32,000 nt of DNA from Sneathiella chungangensis (GCF_009882935.1 NZ_WTVA01000015.1:597108-629107); one strand, 5' to 3'. Shown: positions 19,891 to 30,835, counted from the stretch's first letter. The notes: generated from the letters alone by a model not told the origin. Program-made: numbers and translations.

Positions 19891-20397
19891 GTGTTGAAGA
19901 CGAGAAGAACCCTGAACGCGATCGAAAAAATTGAGAAGCTTATCACGCCGTCCCTCAATGATATGGGGTATGAACTCGTGCGTGTCCGCCTCACCGGAAG
20001 CGACAGGAAAGTGCTTCAGATAATGGCCGAAAAGCCCGATGGAACGATGACCATCGCCGGCTGCACGGAAGTAAGCGAGATGGTTTCGGCGCTCCTGGAT
20101 GTCGAAGATCCGATACAGGGAGCATATGAACTCGAGGTTTCGTCTCCCGGGATTGACCGGCCGTTGACGCGGCCGAAGGATTTCGAGCGCTGGGCCGGAT
20201 TTGAAGCGAAAGTGGAATTGGAGCAGGCTGTTGAAGGCCAACGCCGATATCGCGGGAAGCTGTTGGGCCTGAAGGACGAACTGGTCCTGATGCAGGCAGA
20301 CGACGGCGGCCGGCTTGAACTGCCTTTTTCGGAAGTGAGAAAGGCAAAATTGATTTTGACAGACGAACTTATCGCGGCAAGCATGCGTCGCGCCTAG
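19891..20397 (+). CDS. rimP: Ribosome maturation factor RimP
   Basis: IEKLITPSLNDMGYELVRVRLTGSDRKVLQIMAEKPDG, YELEVSSPGIDRPLTRPKDFERWAG. Start inferred at GTG 19891; the track ORF from 19747 reads through the terminator-like hairpin and is probably over-extended. Confidence 0.9.
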   Translation: MLKTRRTLNAIEKIEKLITPSLNDMGYELVRVRLTGSDRKVLQIMAEKPDGTMTIAGCTEVSEMVSALLDVEDPIQGAYELEVSSPGIDRPLTRPKDFERWAGFEAKVELEQAVEGQRRYRGKLLGLKDELVLMQADDGGRLELPFSEVRKAKLILTDELIAASMRRA

Positions 20398-20432
20398 GTT
20401 CACAGACATGTTTTTTGGACGGACATTTGGTC

Positions 20433-22007
20433 ATGGAAAATGCAGCTAGTTTAAACCGCCTTGAATTGTTGCAGGTCGCCGACGCAGTCGCCCGGGAAAA
20501 GGTCATTGACCGCGACATCGTTCTCGAAGCGATGGAAGAGGCAATTCAGAAAGCCGCCCGGGCCAAATACGGGCATGAAAATGATATTCGTGCCAATATT
20601 GATCGCGGTACCGGCGAAATCCGCTTGGCCCGAGTGCGCGAAGTGGTGGAAGAGGTCGACAATGAAGCGACGCAGATTTCCGTCGCCGGGGCACAGCGCG
20701 AGAAAGAGGGCGCCGTTGTCGGTGACCTGCTGATCGATCCGCTGCCGCCAATTGACTTCGGGCGCATCGCCGCGCAGACGGCCAAGCAGGTGATTGTCCA
20801 GAAAGTGCGCGAAGCGGAACGCGAACGGCAATATCACGAATATAAGGACCGCGTCGGCGAAATCGTCAATGGTATCGTCAAACGGGTCGAATATGGCAAC
20901 GTGACCGTTGATCTGGGCAAGGCCGATGCCGTGGTCCGCCGCGATGAGATGCTGCCCCGTGAAACTTTCCGGCAGGGTGATCGCATCCGCGCCTATATTT
21001 ACGACGTGCGGCAGGAGCCCCGCGGACCGCAGATTTTCCTCTCGCGCAGCCATCCGCAATTTATGGCGAAGCTGTTCGGCCAGGAAGTGCCGGAAATCTA
21101 CGATGGCATTATCGAAGTGAAGGCGGTTGCCCGCGACCCCGGAAGCCGGGCGAAAATCGCCGTCATTTCCAACGATCCCAGCATCGATCCGGTCGGTGCC
21201 TGCGTGGGCATGCGCGGATCGCGCGTTCAGGCTGTGGTCAATGAATTGCAGGGCGAGAAAATCGACATTATTCAATGGTCCCCCGATCAGGCCAGCTTTA
21301 TCGTCAACGCCTTGGCCCCGGCGGAAGTCGCCAAGGTGGTGCTTGACGAGGATGCCAACCGGATCGAGGTCGTTGTGCCGGATGATCAGCTCTCTCTCGC
21401 CATCGGCCGCCGCGGACAGAATGTCCGTCTGGCATCGCAACTCTCCGGCTGGGATATTGATATCCTGACCGAGGAGGAGGAAAGCAACCGCCGACAGGCC
21501 GAGTTTGCGGAACGCACGCAAAACTTCATGACGGCCCTTGATGTTGACGAGACGATTGCCCAATTATTGGCCTCGGAAGGATTTACTTCCGTTGAGGACA
21601 TCACCTATTCGGATGTCAGCGAAATTGCCGAGATCGAAGGGTTTGACGATGAGATCGCGGCGGAGCTGCATAGGCGGGCGCAGGAATATGTCGAGCTGAC
21701 GAATTCCGAGCTGGAAGCCAAGCGTCAGGAAATGGGCGTCAGCGACGATATCGTCAACCTGCAGCTTTTGACCCCTGCCATGATTGTTGCCCTTGGTGAG
21801 GCTGGCGTAAAAGAGCTTGATGATCTCGCGGACCTCTCTGGCGACGAACTGATAAGCCCGGAAGACGGGATTTTGCGCGAATTTGGACTGACGGCAGACG
21901 AAGCCAACCAGATCGTCATGGCCGCACGGGCGCATTGGTTTGACGACGAAGAGCCGGAAACCGATACTGCAGATGCAGCAAATGAGGAAGAAATTCCGGC
22001 CGGCTGA
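20433..22007 (+). CDS. nusA: Transcription termination/antitermination protein NusA
   Basis: VEYGNVTVDLGKADAVVRRDEMLPRETFRQGDRIRAYI (S1), GACVGMRGSRVQAVVNELQGEKIDIIQW (KH), C-terminal helix-hairpin-helix/acidic region; start ATG 20433. Confidence 0.97.
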   Translation: MENAASLNRLELLQVADAVAREKVIDRDIVLEAMEEAIQKAARAKYGHENDIRANIDRGTGEIRLARVREVVEEVDNEATQISVAGAQREKEGAVVGDLLIDPLPPIDFGRIAAQTAKQVIVQKVREAERERQYHEYKDRVGEIVNGIVKRVEYGNVTVDLGKADAVVRRDEMLPRETFRQGDRIRAYIYDVRQEPRGPQIFLSRSHPQFMAKLFGQEVPEIYDGIIEVKAVARDPGSRAKIAVISNDPSIDPVGACVGMRGSRVQAVVNELQGEKIDIIQWSPDQASFIVNALAPAEVAKVVLDEDANRIEVVVPDDQLSLAIGRRGQNVRLASQLSGWDIDILTEEEESNRRQAEFAERTQNFMTALDVDETIAQLLASEGFTSVEDITYSDVSEIAEIEGFDDEIAAELHRRAQEYVELTNSELEAKRQEMGVSDDIVNLQLLTPAMIVALGEAGVKELDDLADLSGDELISPEDGILREFGLTADEANQIVMAARAHWFDDEEPETDTADAANEEEIPAG

Positions 22008-22029
22008 GACGGCAAGCGGAGAAGTAGAC

Positions 22030-22599
22030 TTGAGTGATCCGCAGCGGCGGTGTATAGCCACTGGACAGATATGCGAAAAAGACGCGCTTCTTCGCTTTGC
22101 GGTATCGCCGGATGGTATGCTGGTCCATGATATCAGGATGGATCTGCCGGGGCGCGGTATCTGGGTGAGCTGCAATGCAGACGCTGTCGAACTCGCTGTC
22201 AAAAAGCGGCTATTCGCGAAGTCGGCGAAACAGGCGGTCAAGGTGCCGGAAGATCTGGTCGGGACAATTGACCAGGCATTGACGAGACAAAGCCTGGCGC
22301 TTTTGGGGCTGGGGCGAAAGGGCGGACTGGTAACGGTCGGCTTTGCGAAGGTTGAAAAGGCGCTGAAATCGGGCAAGGTGGCGCTGTTGATCGCCGCCTC
22401 GGATGGCGCGGAAGACGGACGGCAGAAACTTCGGCGAATTGCCGGGTCGCTGCCGTTGATAGATACGTTCAGCGGCGCTGAACTCAGTCAGGCGTTAGGC
22501 AAGGAGAATGTTGTCCATGCCTGTCTGGGGAGAGGCGCGTTGACGACAAAAATTATGGCGGCGGCTTCCCGATTGGCAAAATTCAGGGGCCGGGGCTGA
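22030..22599 (+). CDS. YlxR-domain / DUF448 RNA-binding protein with an L7Ae-like C-terminus
   Basis: PQRRCIATGQ, LLRFAVSPDG, PGRGIWVS, then a VGFAKVEKALKSGKVALLIAASDGAEDG L7Ae-like domain. TTG start 22030 after GGAGAAG. Confidence 0.85.
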   Translation: MSDPQRRCIATGQICEKDALLRFAVSPDGMLVHDIRMDLPGRGIWVSCNADAVELAVKKRLFAKSAKQAVKVPEDLVGTIDQALTRQSLALLGLGRKGGLVTVGFAKVEKALKSGKVALLIAASDGAEDGRQKLRRIAGSLPLIDTFSGAELSQALGKENVVHACLGRGALTTKIMAAASRLAKFRGRG

Positions 22600-22626
22600 T
22601 TAAAATACCGAAGTGTCGGAGTAAGA

Positions 22627-25320
22627 ATGACTGAGACAAATGACAAGGATGGGCGTAAATCGCTTAGCCTGAACAAACCGTTAGAAGCGAAAAAGACCGC
22701 TGGCGGCAATAGTCAGGTCCGTCAGAGTTTTACCCATGGTCGCTCCAAGACCGTGCAGGTCGAGGTGCGCAAAAAGCGCGGCACGCTGGGTCTGGGTGCT
22801 CAGAAGCCGGCAGCGGCGAAACCGTCGACGGCGGCGGACGCAACGGCGAAGAAAACGCTTCACGTGGCGAAGCCCGTTGCGAGTAAGGGCAAGCCCGCCG
22901 AGGCGCCGAAGTCAGCGGATGCAAAAGAGGCGGCGGATTACCTGACAAGCGACGAGAAGGCTGCGCGGGCCGCTGCCCTTGCCGGGGCGCGTGAACAGTC
23001 TTTGAGAGAGGCCGCGGAACGCAAGGCGCGTGAAGAGGCACGAGCGAAAGAAGAACAGCAAAAATCGGCGGAACAGCCGAAAGAGGAAGCCGCCGCCGAC
23101 GCGCCGGCAAAAGCCGAGGAAGCTCCGGCGAAACCGAAACGCCGCTCTCCCGAAGAGCGCCGACGGGCGGAAGAGGAAGAAGCACGCCGTCTGCTGGAAG
23201 AGGCGAACGCGACCAAGAATGCCCAGGTGGCCGAACATCGCGAAAAGGTAAAATCGACCGAGCGCGAGGAAGAACTTCGCCGCGAAGCGAAAGGCGCACC
23301 GGTGCGTCATTTCCGTACTGTCGAAGAGGATGCTCGGGGCGGCGATGACACCGCCGGCGGACGCAAGAAGGTGCCGAAGCATGCCCGGGCCGCCGAAGAA
23401 CGGTTCGCGCCGGTACGTAAACCGGATGAGCCGCGCCGGAGATCCGGGCGCCTCACCATAGGGGAAGCACTGGATGATCGCGGCCCGAAACAGCGGTCCC
23501 TGGCCTCCATCAGGCGCGCCCGCAAGAAACAGCAACAGATAAGCGAACCGCCACAGAAAATTTTCCGCGAAGTGACGATCCCGGAAGTTATTTCCGTTCA
23601 GGATTTGGCGAGCCGCATGTCGGAACGTTCCGTCGATGTCATCAAAGCGTTGATGAAACTAGGCATCATGGCGACGGCTAATCAAACCATCGACGCGGAT
23701 ACGGCGGAACTGGTGGTGGATGAACTTGGTCATAAAGCAAGGCGGGTCGCTGCATCCGACGTCGAGATCGGCCTTGGCGGCGAGGAAGAGGATGCGCCAG
23801 AGGATCTTGTGCCTCGCGCGCCCGTTGTTGCCGTCATGGGTCACGTCGACCACGGCAAGACGTCGCTGCTGGACGCCCTTCGCAAGTCGGACGTTGTGTC
23901 CGGCGAAGCCGGCGGCATTACCCAGCATATCGGCGCCTATCAGGTTAAGCTCGCTTCCGGCGAAATGATTACGTTTCTCGATACGCCGGGCCATGAGGCC
24001 TTCACGGCAATGCGGATGCGCGGCGCACAGGTGACCGATATCGTGATTCTGGTGGTTGCCGCCGATGACAGCGTCATGCCGCAAACCATCGAGGCCATCA
24101 AACACGCGAAGGCGGCGGAAGTGCCGATTATTGTCGCAATCAACAAATGCGACAAGCCGGCGGCGGATCCCAGCAAGGTGCGTCAGGAACTTCTGCAGCA
24201 TGAAATTTTTGTCGAGGACATGGGCGGCGACGTGCTGGACGTGGAAGTGTCGGCAAAAACCGGCGCCGGGCTCGACAAACTGCAGGAAGCCATTCTTCTT
24301 CAGGCGGAATTGCTGGAACTGAAGGCAAATCCCAACCGGTCCGCGCATGGGACAGTCGTTGAAGCGAAGCTGGAAACCGGCCGCGGGATGGTCGGTACGG
24401 TTCTCGTCAACCGGGGCACCCTGCATGTCGGCGACTTTTTCGTTATGGGGCCGGCAATGGGCAAGGTACGTGCCCTTCTCGACTATCGCGGGCAGAATGT
24501 CGAGGAAGCGGGGCCGTCCGTTCCCGTCGAGGTTCTCGGCATTCAGGGCACACCGACGGCAGGCGACGATTTTGTCGTAACGGAAACGGAAAGCCAGGCG
24601 AAGGAAATTGCCAGCTACCGCCAGCGCCTTGACAAGGACAAGAAGGTCACCGCCACCGCGCGCGGCACGATTGAGCAGATGTTCAGTGCCATCAAGGAAG
24701 GTACGGTGGACGAGCTTCCGGTTGTCATCAAGGCGGACGTACAGGGTTCGGCAGAGGCGATTACCAACGCTCTTGAAAACCTCGGGACGAATGAGGTTGC
24801 CGTCAAGATCCTGTTCTCCGGCGTCGGCGGCATTACGGAATCCGACGTATCGCTGGCCGCGGCATCGCGCGCGATCGTCATTGCCTTCAATACCCGGGCG
24901 AATAAACAGGCACGGGAGGAAGCGGAGCATCAAGGCGTCGATATTCAGTATTATTCGGTGATCTACAATGTCATCGACGATATGAAGGCGATGCTGTCCG
25001 GTATGCTGGCGCCGACATTGCGGGAGAATTTCCTGGGCTATGCGGAAATCCGCGAGGTATTCAATATTTCGAAGGTCGGCAAAATTGCAGGCTGTATGGT
25101 CACCGAAGGCAACGTCAAGCGCGGCGCGAAAGTCCGTCTCTTGCGGGATGACGTCGTGATCCATGAAGGAACGCTCTCTACCCTCAAACGGTTCAAGGAT
25201 GAGGTGAAGGAGGTTAAATCCGGAATGGAATGCGGAATGGCGTTCGAGAATTACCACGACCTGCAAGTCGGCGATTTCATCGAATGTTTCGAGGTTGAGG
25301 AGGTGGCCCGCGCGCTTTAG
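22627..25320 (+). CDS. infB: Translation initiation factor IF-2
   Basis: 897 aa; [51 protein letters not shown]; long charged N-terminal domain. Confidence 0.98.
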   Translation: MTETNDKDGRKSLSLNKPLEAKKTAGGNSQVRQSFTHGRSKTVQVEVRKKRGTLGLGAQKPAAAKPSTAADATAKKTLHVAKPVASKGKPAEAPKSADAKEAADYLTSDEKAARAAALAGAREQSLREAAERKAREEARAKEEQQKSAEQPKEEAAADAPAKAEEAPAKPKRRSPEERRRAEEEEARRLLEEANATKNAQVAEHREKVKSTEREEELRREAKGAPVRHFRTVEEDARGGDDTAGGRKKVPKHARAAEERFAPVRKPDEPRRRSGRLTIGEALDDRGPKQRSLASIRRARKKQQQISEPPQKIFREVTIPEVISVQDLASRMSERSVDVIKALMKLGIMATANQTIDADTAELVVDELGHKARRVAASDVEIGLGGEEEDAPEDLVPRAPVVAVMGHVDHGKTSLLDALRKSDVVSGEAGGITQHIGAYQVKLASGEMITFLDTPGHEAFTAMRMRGAQVTDIVILVVAADDSVMPQTIEAIKHAKAAEVPIIVAINKCDKPAADPSKVRQELLQHEIFVEDMGGDVLDVEVSAKTGAGLDKLQEAILLQAELLELKANPNRSAHGTVVEAKLETGRGMVGTVLVNRGTLHVGDFFVMGPAMGKVRALLDYRGQNVEEAGPSVPVEVLGIQGTPTAGDDFVVTETESQAKEIASYRQRLDKDKKVTATARGTIEQMFSAIKEGTVDELPVVIKADVQGSAEAITNALENLGTNEVAVKILFSGVGGITESDVSLAAASRAIVIAFNTRANKQAREEAEHQGVDIQYYSVIYNVIDDMKAMLSGMLAPTLRENFLGYAEIREVFNISKVGKIAGCMVTEGNVKRGAKVRLLRDDVVIHEGTLSTLKRFKDEVKEVKSGMECGMAFENYHDLQVGDFIECFEVEEVARAL

Positions 25321-25365
25321 GGCCCGCCGGTCACGGAATCGCGTTCATTACGCGGGAGAGTTCCC

Positions 25366-25755
25366 ATGGCACATTCGAAACGAGGTCCGAGAACCGCGAG
25401 CAAGCGGCAATTGCGCGTGGGCGAGGAACTCCGCCATATTATCGCGGGGATCCTGTCGAAAGACTTGATCCATGATCCGGATGTTGCGGGCGTGTCCGTC
25501 ACTATTTCGGAAGTGAAGCCGAGCCCGGATATGCGGAACGCGACGGTTTATGTTACCTCGCTTGGCGGCGTCAACGAGGACGCGGTAATCGCCGGGCTTA
25601 ACCGGACTGCGGGCGTCATCCAAGGTGAAATGGGTCGTCACCTGACCATGAAATTCACGCCGAAGCTCGTGTTTAAAAAGGACGATTCCTTCGCCTATGG
25701 CAGTCACATCGACGCCCTGATCCGAAAAAACAGGCTGCCAGAAGAGCCGCAATAG
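25366..25755 (+). CDS. rbfA: Ribosome-binding factor A
   Basis: RQLRVGEELRHIIAGIL, VTISEVKPSPDMRNATVYVTSLGG, PKLVFKKDDSFAYGSHIDALI. Confidence 0.95.
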   Translation: MAHSKRGPRTASKRQLRVGEELRHIIAGILSKDLIHDPDVAGVSVTISEVKPSPDMRNATVYVTSLGGVNEDAVIAGLNRTAGVIQGEMGRHLTMKFTPKLVFKKDDSFAYGSHIDALIRKNRLPEEPQ

Positions 25756-25761
25756 CCGCAT

Positions 25762-26658
25762 ATGGCAAGAAAACGGCGCGGCATCCCCATCCATGGATGG
25801 CTCAATATCGACAAGGACGCGGGGCTGAGCTCGGCCCAGGTTGTCGGCCGCGTCAAACGCATCACCGACGCGGCGAAAGTCGGGCATGCGGGAACGCTGG
25901 ATCCTTTCGCGACCGGCGTCCTGCCGATTGCCCTTGGCGAAGCGACAAAGACGGTCGGTTATATCTTTGATGAAACAAAGGAATACCGTTTCACGGCCCG
26001 CTGGGGCGAGGCGCGCAATACCGATGACATAGAGGGTGAGATAGAAGCCACCTCCGAAGTCCGTCCCACCCGAGGAAATATCGACGCCATTCTCCCCGCA
26101 TTTACCGGAACCATCCGGCAGCGCCCACCCGCCTATTCCGCCATCAAGATCCGCGGTGAGCGTGCCTATAAACGGGCGCGGGCCGGGGAACAGCTTGATA
26201 TGCCCGAACGCGATGTCCATATCGAGTCGTTGAAACTTGTCGACATGCTCGATGATGATCACGCTGTCTTTGAGGTGATCTGCGGAAAAGGGACCTATAT
26301 TCGCTCGCTCGCCCGTGATATGGCCCTGAAACTTGGCACTGTTGCCCATTTGACAGCCCTTCGGCGCACTCGCGTAGGTCCATTTTCTGAAAAGGATGCG
26401 ATTTCGCTGGATAAGTTGGCCGAGCTGTGGCAGTGTCCCGCAGAATTTGAGGACTTGCTTCCCTTAACGACCGCGCTGGACGACATCCCGGCACTGGCCG
26501 CAACGGAAGAGCAGGCATGTCGCCTGCGTCACGGAAATGACGTGGCGGTTCCAAATCAGGCAGACGGCATCGTCTGCGCCATGGACGGAAACATCCCGAT
26601 CGGTATCGCGAAAATCGAGGCCGGGCGGCTGTATCCTGTTCGTATTTTTAATATTTAA
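25762..26658 (+). CDS. truB: tRNA pseudouridine(55) synthase
   Basis: [65 protein letters not shown]. Confidence 0.96.
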   Translation: MARKRRGIPIHGWLNIDKDAGLSSAQVVGRVKRITDAAKVGHAGTLDPFATGVLPIALGEATKTVGYIFDETKEYRFTARWGEARNTDDIEGEIEATSEVRPTRGNIDAILPAFTGTIRQRPPAYSAIKIRGERAYKRARAGEQLDMPERDVHIESLKLVDMLDDDHAVFEVICGKGTYIRSLARDMALKLGTVAHLTALRRTRVGPFSEKDAISLDKLAELWQCPAEFEDLLPLTTALDDIPALAATEEQACRLRHGNDVAVPNQADGIVCAMDGNIPIGIAKIEAGRLYPVRIFNI

Positions 26659-26672
26659 CTCAGGAGAACCCG

Positions 26673-26942
26673 ATGTCGATTACTGCAGAGCGTAAAGCAG
26701 AATTGATCAAAGAATATGCGACAAAGGACGGGGACACCGGCTCCCCGGAAGTACAGATTGCCATTTTGACTGAACGAATCAGCAATCTGACCGATCATTT
26801 CAAGGAACATAAAGGCGACGTGCATTCGCGCCGCGGACTGTTGAAAATGGTCAGCCGCCGCCGTCGTTTGCTCGACTATCTTCGGAAAGTCGAAGAAAAC
26901 CGTTATCAGGATACGATCAAGCGTCTTGGTATTCGTAAATAA
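26673..26942 (+). CDS. rpsO: 30S ribosomal protein S15
   Basis: 89 aa; [51 protein letters not shown]. Confidence 0.98.
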   Translation: MSITAERKAELIKEYATKDGDTGSPEVQIAILTERISNLTDHFKEHKGDVHSRRGLLKMVSRRRRLLDYLRKVEENRYQDTIKRLGIRK

Positions 26943-26982
26943 CAACAAGTTGCGCGGATCAAATAGCGGTCCGCAGAAGCCA

Positions 26983-27031
26983 CAAACGCCGGTGACTGTC
27001 TTGGGCCAGCCCCAATGCACATCGGCGTTTG
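26983..27031 (+). promoter_or_regulatory. Long stem-loop in the rpsO-pnp spacer
   Basis: CAAACGCCGGTG (26983-26994) pairs with CATCGGCGTTTG (27020-27031), 12 bp with one G-U; an inner TTGGG/CCCAA stem sits at 27001-27005/27011-27015. Confidence 0.6.
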
Positions 27032-27088
27032 CCGCGTTTAGGAAGGTTCGCTTTTCGACAGCGCAAATATAGTAAAAAGAGAAAATGA

Positions 27089-27139
27089 CTGAGGCATAGG
27101 GTCTCAGATTAGGGCAGGACGGCATGGGGCTGTTCCTGC
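27089..27139 (+). promoter_or_regulatory. Two tandem stem-loops in the pnp 5' leader
   Basis: CTGAGGC (27089-27095)/GTCTCAG (27101-27107), and GCAGGA (27114-27119)/TCCTGC (27134-27139), ending just ahead of the pnp ribosome-binding site. Confidence 0.5.
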
Positions 27140-27155
27140 GTTGGAAGGAAAAAAA

Positions 27156-29258
27156 ATGTTTGAAGTACATCGCAAGGAAGTGATGTGGGGCGGACGTCCG
27201 CTCATTATGGAAACCGGCAAGATTGCCCGTCAGGCGGACGGTGCTGTCATGATAACCTACGGTGGAACGCAGGTTCTCTGCACCGCCGTTGCCGAAAAAA
27301 CACCGAAGCCGGGATTGGATTTTTTCCCGCTGACCGTCAACTATCAGGAAAAAGCTTTTGCCGCCGGTAAAATTCCGGGCGGCTTTTTCAAGCGCGAAGG
27401 CCGTCCATCCGAAAAGGAAACGCTGACCTCGCGTCTTATCGACCGGCCGCTGCGCCCGTCTTTTGTCACCGGATTCAAAAACGAAACGCAGGTCATCTGC
27501 ACGGTTCTGGCTCATGATATGGAAAATGATCCGGACGTTGTTTCCCTCATCGGCGCATCCGCCGCATTGACGATTTCCGGTATTCCGTTTCTTGGTCCGG
27601 TGGGTGCAGCCCGCGTCGGATTTATCGATGGAAACTACGTGCTCAATCCGACTGCCTCGCAGATGGCGGATACCAAGCTCGACCTCATTATCGCCGGGAC
27701 ATCCGAAGCGGTCCTGATGATCGAGTCGGAAGCACATGAGCTCACCGAGGAAGAAATGCTGGGCGCCGTCATGTTCGGTCACCGGGAAACGCAGACGGTT
27801 ATCAATGCCATCATCGAGCTTGCCGAAGTCTGCGCGAAAGAGCCCTGGGACTTCAAGCCGGAAGAAACAGACAAGGATCTGGAAGCGAAGGTGAAAGCCG
27901 CCGCCGAGGGTGTCCTTTCCGACGCGTACAAGGAACAGGTCAAGCAGACCCGCGTTGAAAAAGTCACCGCCGCAAAAGACGCGGCGCTTGCGGAGCTTGA
28001 AGAAGACGAACGCGAAGCAGCCGCTGGCATCCTTAAAAAGATCGAGAAGAAGATCGTTCGCGGGAACATCATTGCAACCGGTGAACGCATCGACGGCCGT
28101 GATACCAAGACGGTTCGGCCGATCATCGCGGAAATCGGTTCCCTGCCGCGCAGCCATGGGTCCGCCCTCTTTACCCGCGGTGAAACCCAGGCCCTGGTCG
28201 TCGCCACACTCGGCACCGGCCAGGATGAGCAGATCGTCGATGCCCTTGAAGGCGAATATCGCGAAAACTTCATGCTGCATTACAATTTCCCGCCCTATTC
28301 GGTCGGCGAAGTTGGCCGCATTGGCTTTACCGGACGCCGGGAAGTCGGCCATGGCAAGCTTGCCTGGCGGGCAATTCATCCGCTTCTGCCAGCTAAGGAC
28401 AAGTTCCCCTATACGCTCCGCGTTGTCTCGGAAGTGACCGAATCCAACGGATCGTCTTCCATGGCGACCGTTTGTGGCACGTCGCTGGCGCTGATGGATG
28501 CCGGTGTTCCGCTTGAACGCCCGGTCGCCGGTATCGCCATGGGCCTGATCCTCGAAGAAGACGGCAAATTCGCCGTTCTGTCCGACATTCTCGGCGATGA
28601 GGATCATCTCGGTGACATGGACTTCAAGGTTGCGGGAACGGAAAAGGGTATTACGTCCCTGCAGATGGATATCAAGATTGCCGGCATTACCGAGGAAATC
28701 ATGCGCATCGCGCTGGCTCAGGCGACCGAAGGCCGTCTGCATATCCTCAAGGAAATGGGCAAGGCCATCGACAGCGCCCGTGACGGCGTTCGTGAAGGAG
28801 CCCCGCGGATTACGCAGTTGCAGGTCCATAAGGACAAGATCCGCGATATCATCGGCACGGGCGGTAAGGTCATTCGTGAAATCTGCGAAGTGACCGGCGC
28901 CAAGATCGACATCGAGGATGACGGCACTGTAAAGGTTGCGGCAACGACGGCGGAAAGCGCCGATGCGGCCATCAAATGGATCAAATCGATCGTTGATGAC
29001 CCTGAGGTCGGAGAAACCTATACAGGTAAAGTCGTGAAAGTCGTAGATTTCGGCGCGTTCGTGAATTTCTTCGGAAACCGCGACGGTCTGGTTCATATTT
29101 CGGAACTGGCACCGCAACGTGTCGCCAAAGTCACGGATATCGTCAACGAAGGCGATGAGGTCCGCGTCAAGGTTCTCGAAATCGACGGACGCGGCAAAGT
29201 CCGCCTGTCGATGAAAGCCGTTCTGGCGGATGAGGCGAAAACGGCAGCGCAGGAATAA
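27156..29258 (+). CDS. pnp: Polyribonucleotide nucleotidyltransferase
   Basis: [45 protein letters not shown]; KH ([13 protein letters not shown]) and S1 ([21 protein letters not shown]) domains. Start ATG 27156 preferred over TTG 27141. Confidence 0.98.
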   Translation: MFEVHRKEVMWGGRPLIMETGKIARQADGAVMITYGGTQVLCTAVAEKTPKPGLDFFPLTVNYQEKAFAAGKIPGGFFKREGRPSEKETLTSRLIDRPLRPSFVTGFKNETQVICTVLAHDMENDPDVVSLIGASAALTISGIPFLGPVGAARVGFIDGNYVLNPTASQMADTKLDLIIAGTSEAVLMIESEAHELTEEEMLGAVMFGHRETQTVINAIIELAEVCAKEPWDFKPEETDKDLEAKVKAAAEGVLSDAYKEQVKQTRVEKVTAAKDAALAELEEDEREAAAGILKKIEKKIVRGNIIATGERIDGRDTKTVRPIIAEIGSLPRSHGSALFTRGETQALVVATLGTGQDEQIVDALEGEYRENFMLHYNFPPYSVGEVGRIGFTGRREVGHGKLAWRAIHPLLPAKDKFPYTLRVVSEVTESNGSSSMATVCGTSLALMDAGVPLERPVAGIAMGLILEEDGKFAVLSDILGDEDHLGDMDFKVAGTEKGITSLQMDIKIAGITEEIMRIALAQATEGRLHILKEMGKAIDSARDGVREGAPRITQLQVHKDKIRDIIGTGGKVIREICEVTGAKIDIEDDGTVKVAATTAESADAAIKWIKSIVDDPEVGETYTGKVVKVVDFGAFVNFFGNRDGLVHISELAPQRVAKVTDIVNEGDEVRVKVLEIDGRGKVRLSMKAVLADEAKTAAQE

Positions 29259-29285
29259 ACCCCAGCCTGACCGAGTATAAGAAAC

Positions 29286-29320
29286 GAGGGCGGCTCGGGC
29301 GAAATGGTCCGACCGCCCTC
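29286..29320 (+). terminator. Probable intrinsic terminator downstream of pnp
   Basis: GAGGGCGG (29286-29293) / CCGCCCTC (29313-29320), plus inner TCGGGC/GTCCGA pairing; only a weak T-run (ATTTG) follows. Confidence 0.5.
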
Positions 29321-29403
29321 ATTTGTAATGTCTCTTGATGCTTGGGCTGCCATGCTCTAAGTGTTAGGTTAGTACTTAGGTATGTAGCCATGGGAATGAT
29401 TTC

Positions 29404-30804
29404 GTGAAGCCGTTAAATCCAATTTTGTTGTCCGGCAAGGAAGTCCTGCCTCTCATCGAGGGCGGGAAAGGGATTGCTGTGTCTTCGGGACAGAGCTCCG
29501 GCGCCTGGGCGGCCGCGGGCGGCGTCGCGACTTTTTCCGGCGTCAATGCCGACAGTTTTGATGATGACGGCAATATCATTCCGCAGGTCTATCATGGCCG
29601 GACACGCCGTGACCGCCATGAGGAATTGGTCGCCTATGGCATCCGCGGCGGCATAGCGCAGGCCCAGATTGCCCATGAGCTGGCGGGCGGCGACGGCCGG
29701 ATTCATATGAATGTGCTTTGGGAGATGGGCGGCGCGGAACGTATTCTGCATGGCGTTCTTGAAGGAACGAAAGGCCTCATTCACGGCATCACCTGCGGGG
29801 CGGGCATGCCCTACCGGATTGCGCAGATCGCCGCCGACTACAAGGTCCACTACTACCCGATCATCTCGTCGGCGCGCGCCTTTCGCGCGTTGTGGAAGCG
29901 GGCTTACTACAAATTCTCCGAATGGCTTGGCGGCGTCGTCTATGAGGACCCCTGGCTCGCGGGCGGTCATAACGGGCTCAGCAATGTCGAGGATCCGCTG
30001 AAGCCGGAAGATCCCTACCTCCGGGTTGCCGACCTGCGCAAGCTGATGAACGAGATCGGCCTTGACAAGGTGCCTATTATCATGGCCGGCGGCGTCTGGC
30101 ATATCGACGAATGGGAGCATTGGCTGGACAATCCGGAAATCGGGCCGATCGCATTTCAGTTTGGAACGCGTCCGCTGCTGACCAAGGAAAGCCCGATATC
30201 CGATGCCTGGAAGAAGAAGCTCGGCACCCTGAAGAAGGGCGATGTCTTCCTCAATAAATTCAGCCCGACAGGATTCTGGTCGTCGGCGGTGCGCAACGAG
30301 TTCCTGGACGAGTTGAAAGCCCGCTCCGAGCGTCAGGTCGCCTTTTCTCATGAAGCGGTTGGCGCCCACGACACCGCCTTTGGCATCGGCGCGCGCAAAC
30401 GCGAAGTGTTTCTGACGGCAGAAGACAAGGCACGCGCGGAAGCTTGGGTCGCCGAGGGCTATACCGAGGGGCTTAAAACCCCGGACTCAACCCTGATTTT
30501 TGTAACGCCGGAAAAGATGGCGGAAATCCGCAAGGACCAGATCGACTGCATGGGTTGTCTGTCCCAGTGCAAATTCTCCAACTGGGCGGAAGGCGAGAAA
30601 GGCAATACGGGCCGGAAAGCCGACCCCCGGAGCTTCTGCATTCAGAAGACGTTGCAGGATGTCATCCATTCAGAAGCGAATATCGAGAATAATTTGATGT
30701 TTGCCGGGCATGGCGCATACCGCTTTGCCAGCGACCCGTTTTATGCGAACGGTTTTATTCCAACGGTTAAACAGCTTGTTGAACGCATTATGACCGGAAA
30801 ATAG
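29404..30804 (+). CDS. Nitronate monooxygenase-like (2-nitropropane dioxygenase family) flavin oxidoreductase with a Cys-rich C-terminus
   Basis: 466 aa; GITCGAGMPYRIAQIAADYK, WLAGGHNGLSN, VPIIMAGGVW, GPIAFQFGTRPLL; then DCMGCLSQCKFSNW and SFCIQK near the C-terminus. Confidence 0.8.
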   Translation: MKPLNPILLSGKEVLPLIEGGKGIAVSSGQSSGAWAAAGGVATFSGVNADSFDDDGNIIPQVYHGRTRRDRHEELVAYGIRGGIAQAQIAHELAGGDGRIHMNVLWEMGGAERILHGVLEGTKGLIHGITCGAGMPYRIAQIAADYKVHYYPIISSARAFRALWKRAYYKFSEWLGGVVYEDPWLAGGHNGLSNVEDPLKPEDPYLRVADLRKLMNEIGLDKVPIIMAGGVWHIDEWEHWLDNPEIGPIAFQFGTRPLLTKESPISDAWKKKLGTLKKGDVFLNKFSPTGFWSSAVRNEFLDELKARSERQVAFSHEAVGAHDTAFGIGARKREVFLTAEDKARAEAWVAEGYTEGLKTPDSTLIFVTPEKMAEIRKDQIDCMGCLSQCKFSNWAEGEKGNTGRKADPRSFCIQKTLQDVIHSEANIENNLMFAGHGAYRFASDPFYANGFIPTVKQLVERIMTGK

Positions 30805-30835
30805 ACGAAAAATCGGTGGAATCATTATTGCAGAT

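Noticed and set aside
20451-21563. 370-aa ORF on the minus strand opposite nusA
   Set aside because: Same antisense-shadow pattern; no recognisable domain and no independent start signals.
22730-23535. Overlapping minus-strand ORFs opposite the infB N-terminus
   Set aside because: Arise from the repetitive Ala/Lys/Glu/Arg-rich N-terminal domain of IF-2, which is normal in Alphaproteobacteria.
23659-25266. 535-aa ORF on the minus strand opposite infB
   Set aside because: Antisense to highly conserved IF-2 GTPase sequence; explained by codon-position GC bias.
26655-29117. 820-aa ORF on the minus strand opposite rpsO-pnp
   Set aside because: Antisense shadow of a GC-rich coding region; the translation is low-complexity and resembles no family, while the plus strand carries unmistakable S15 and PNPase.
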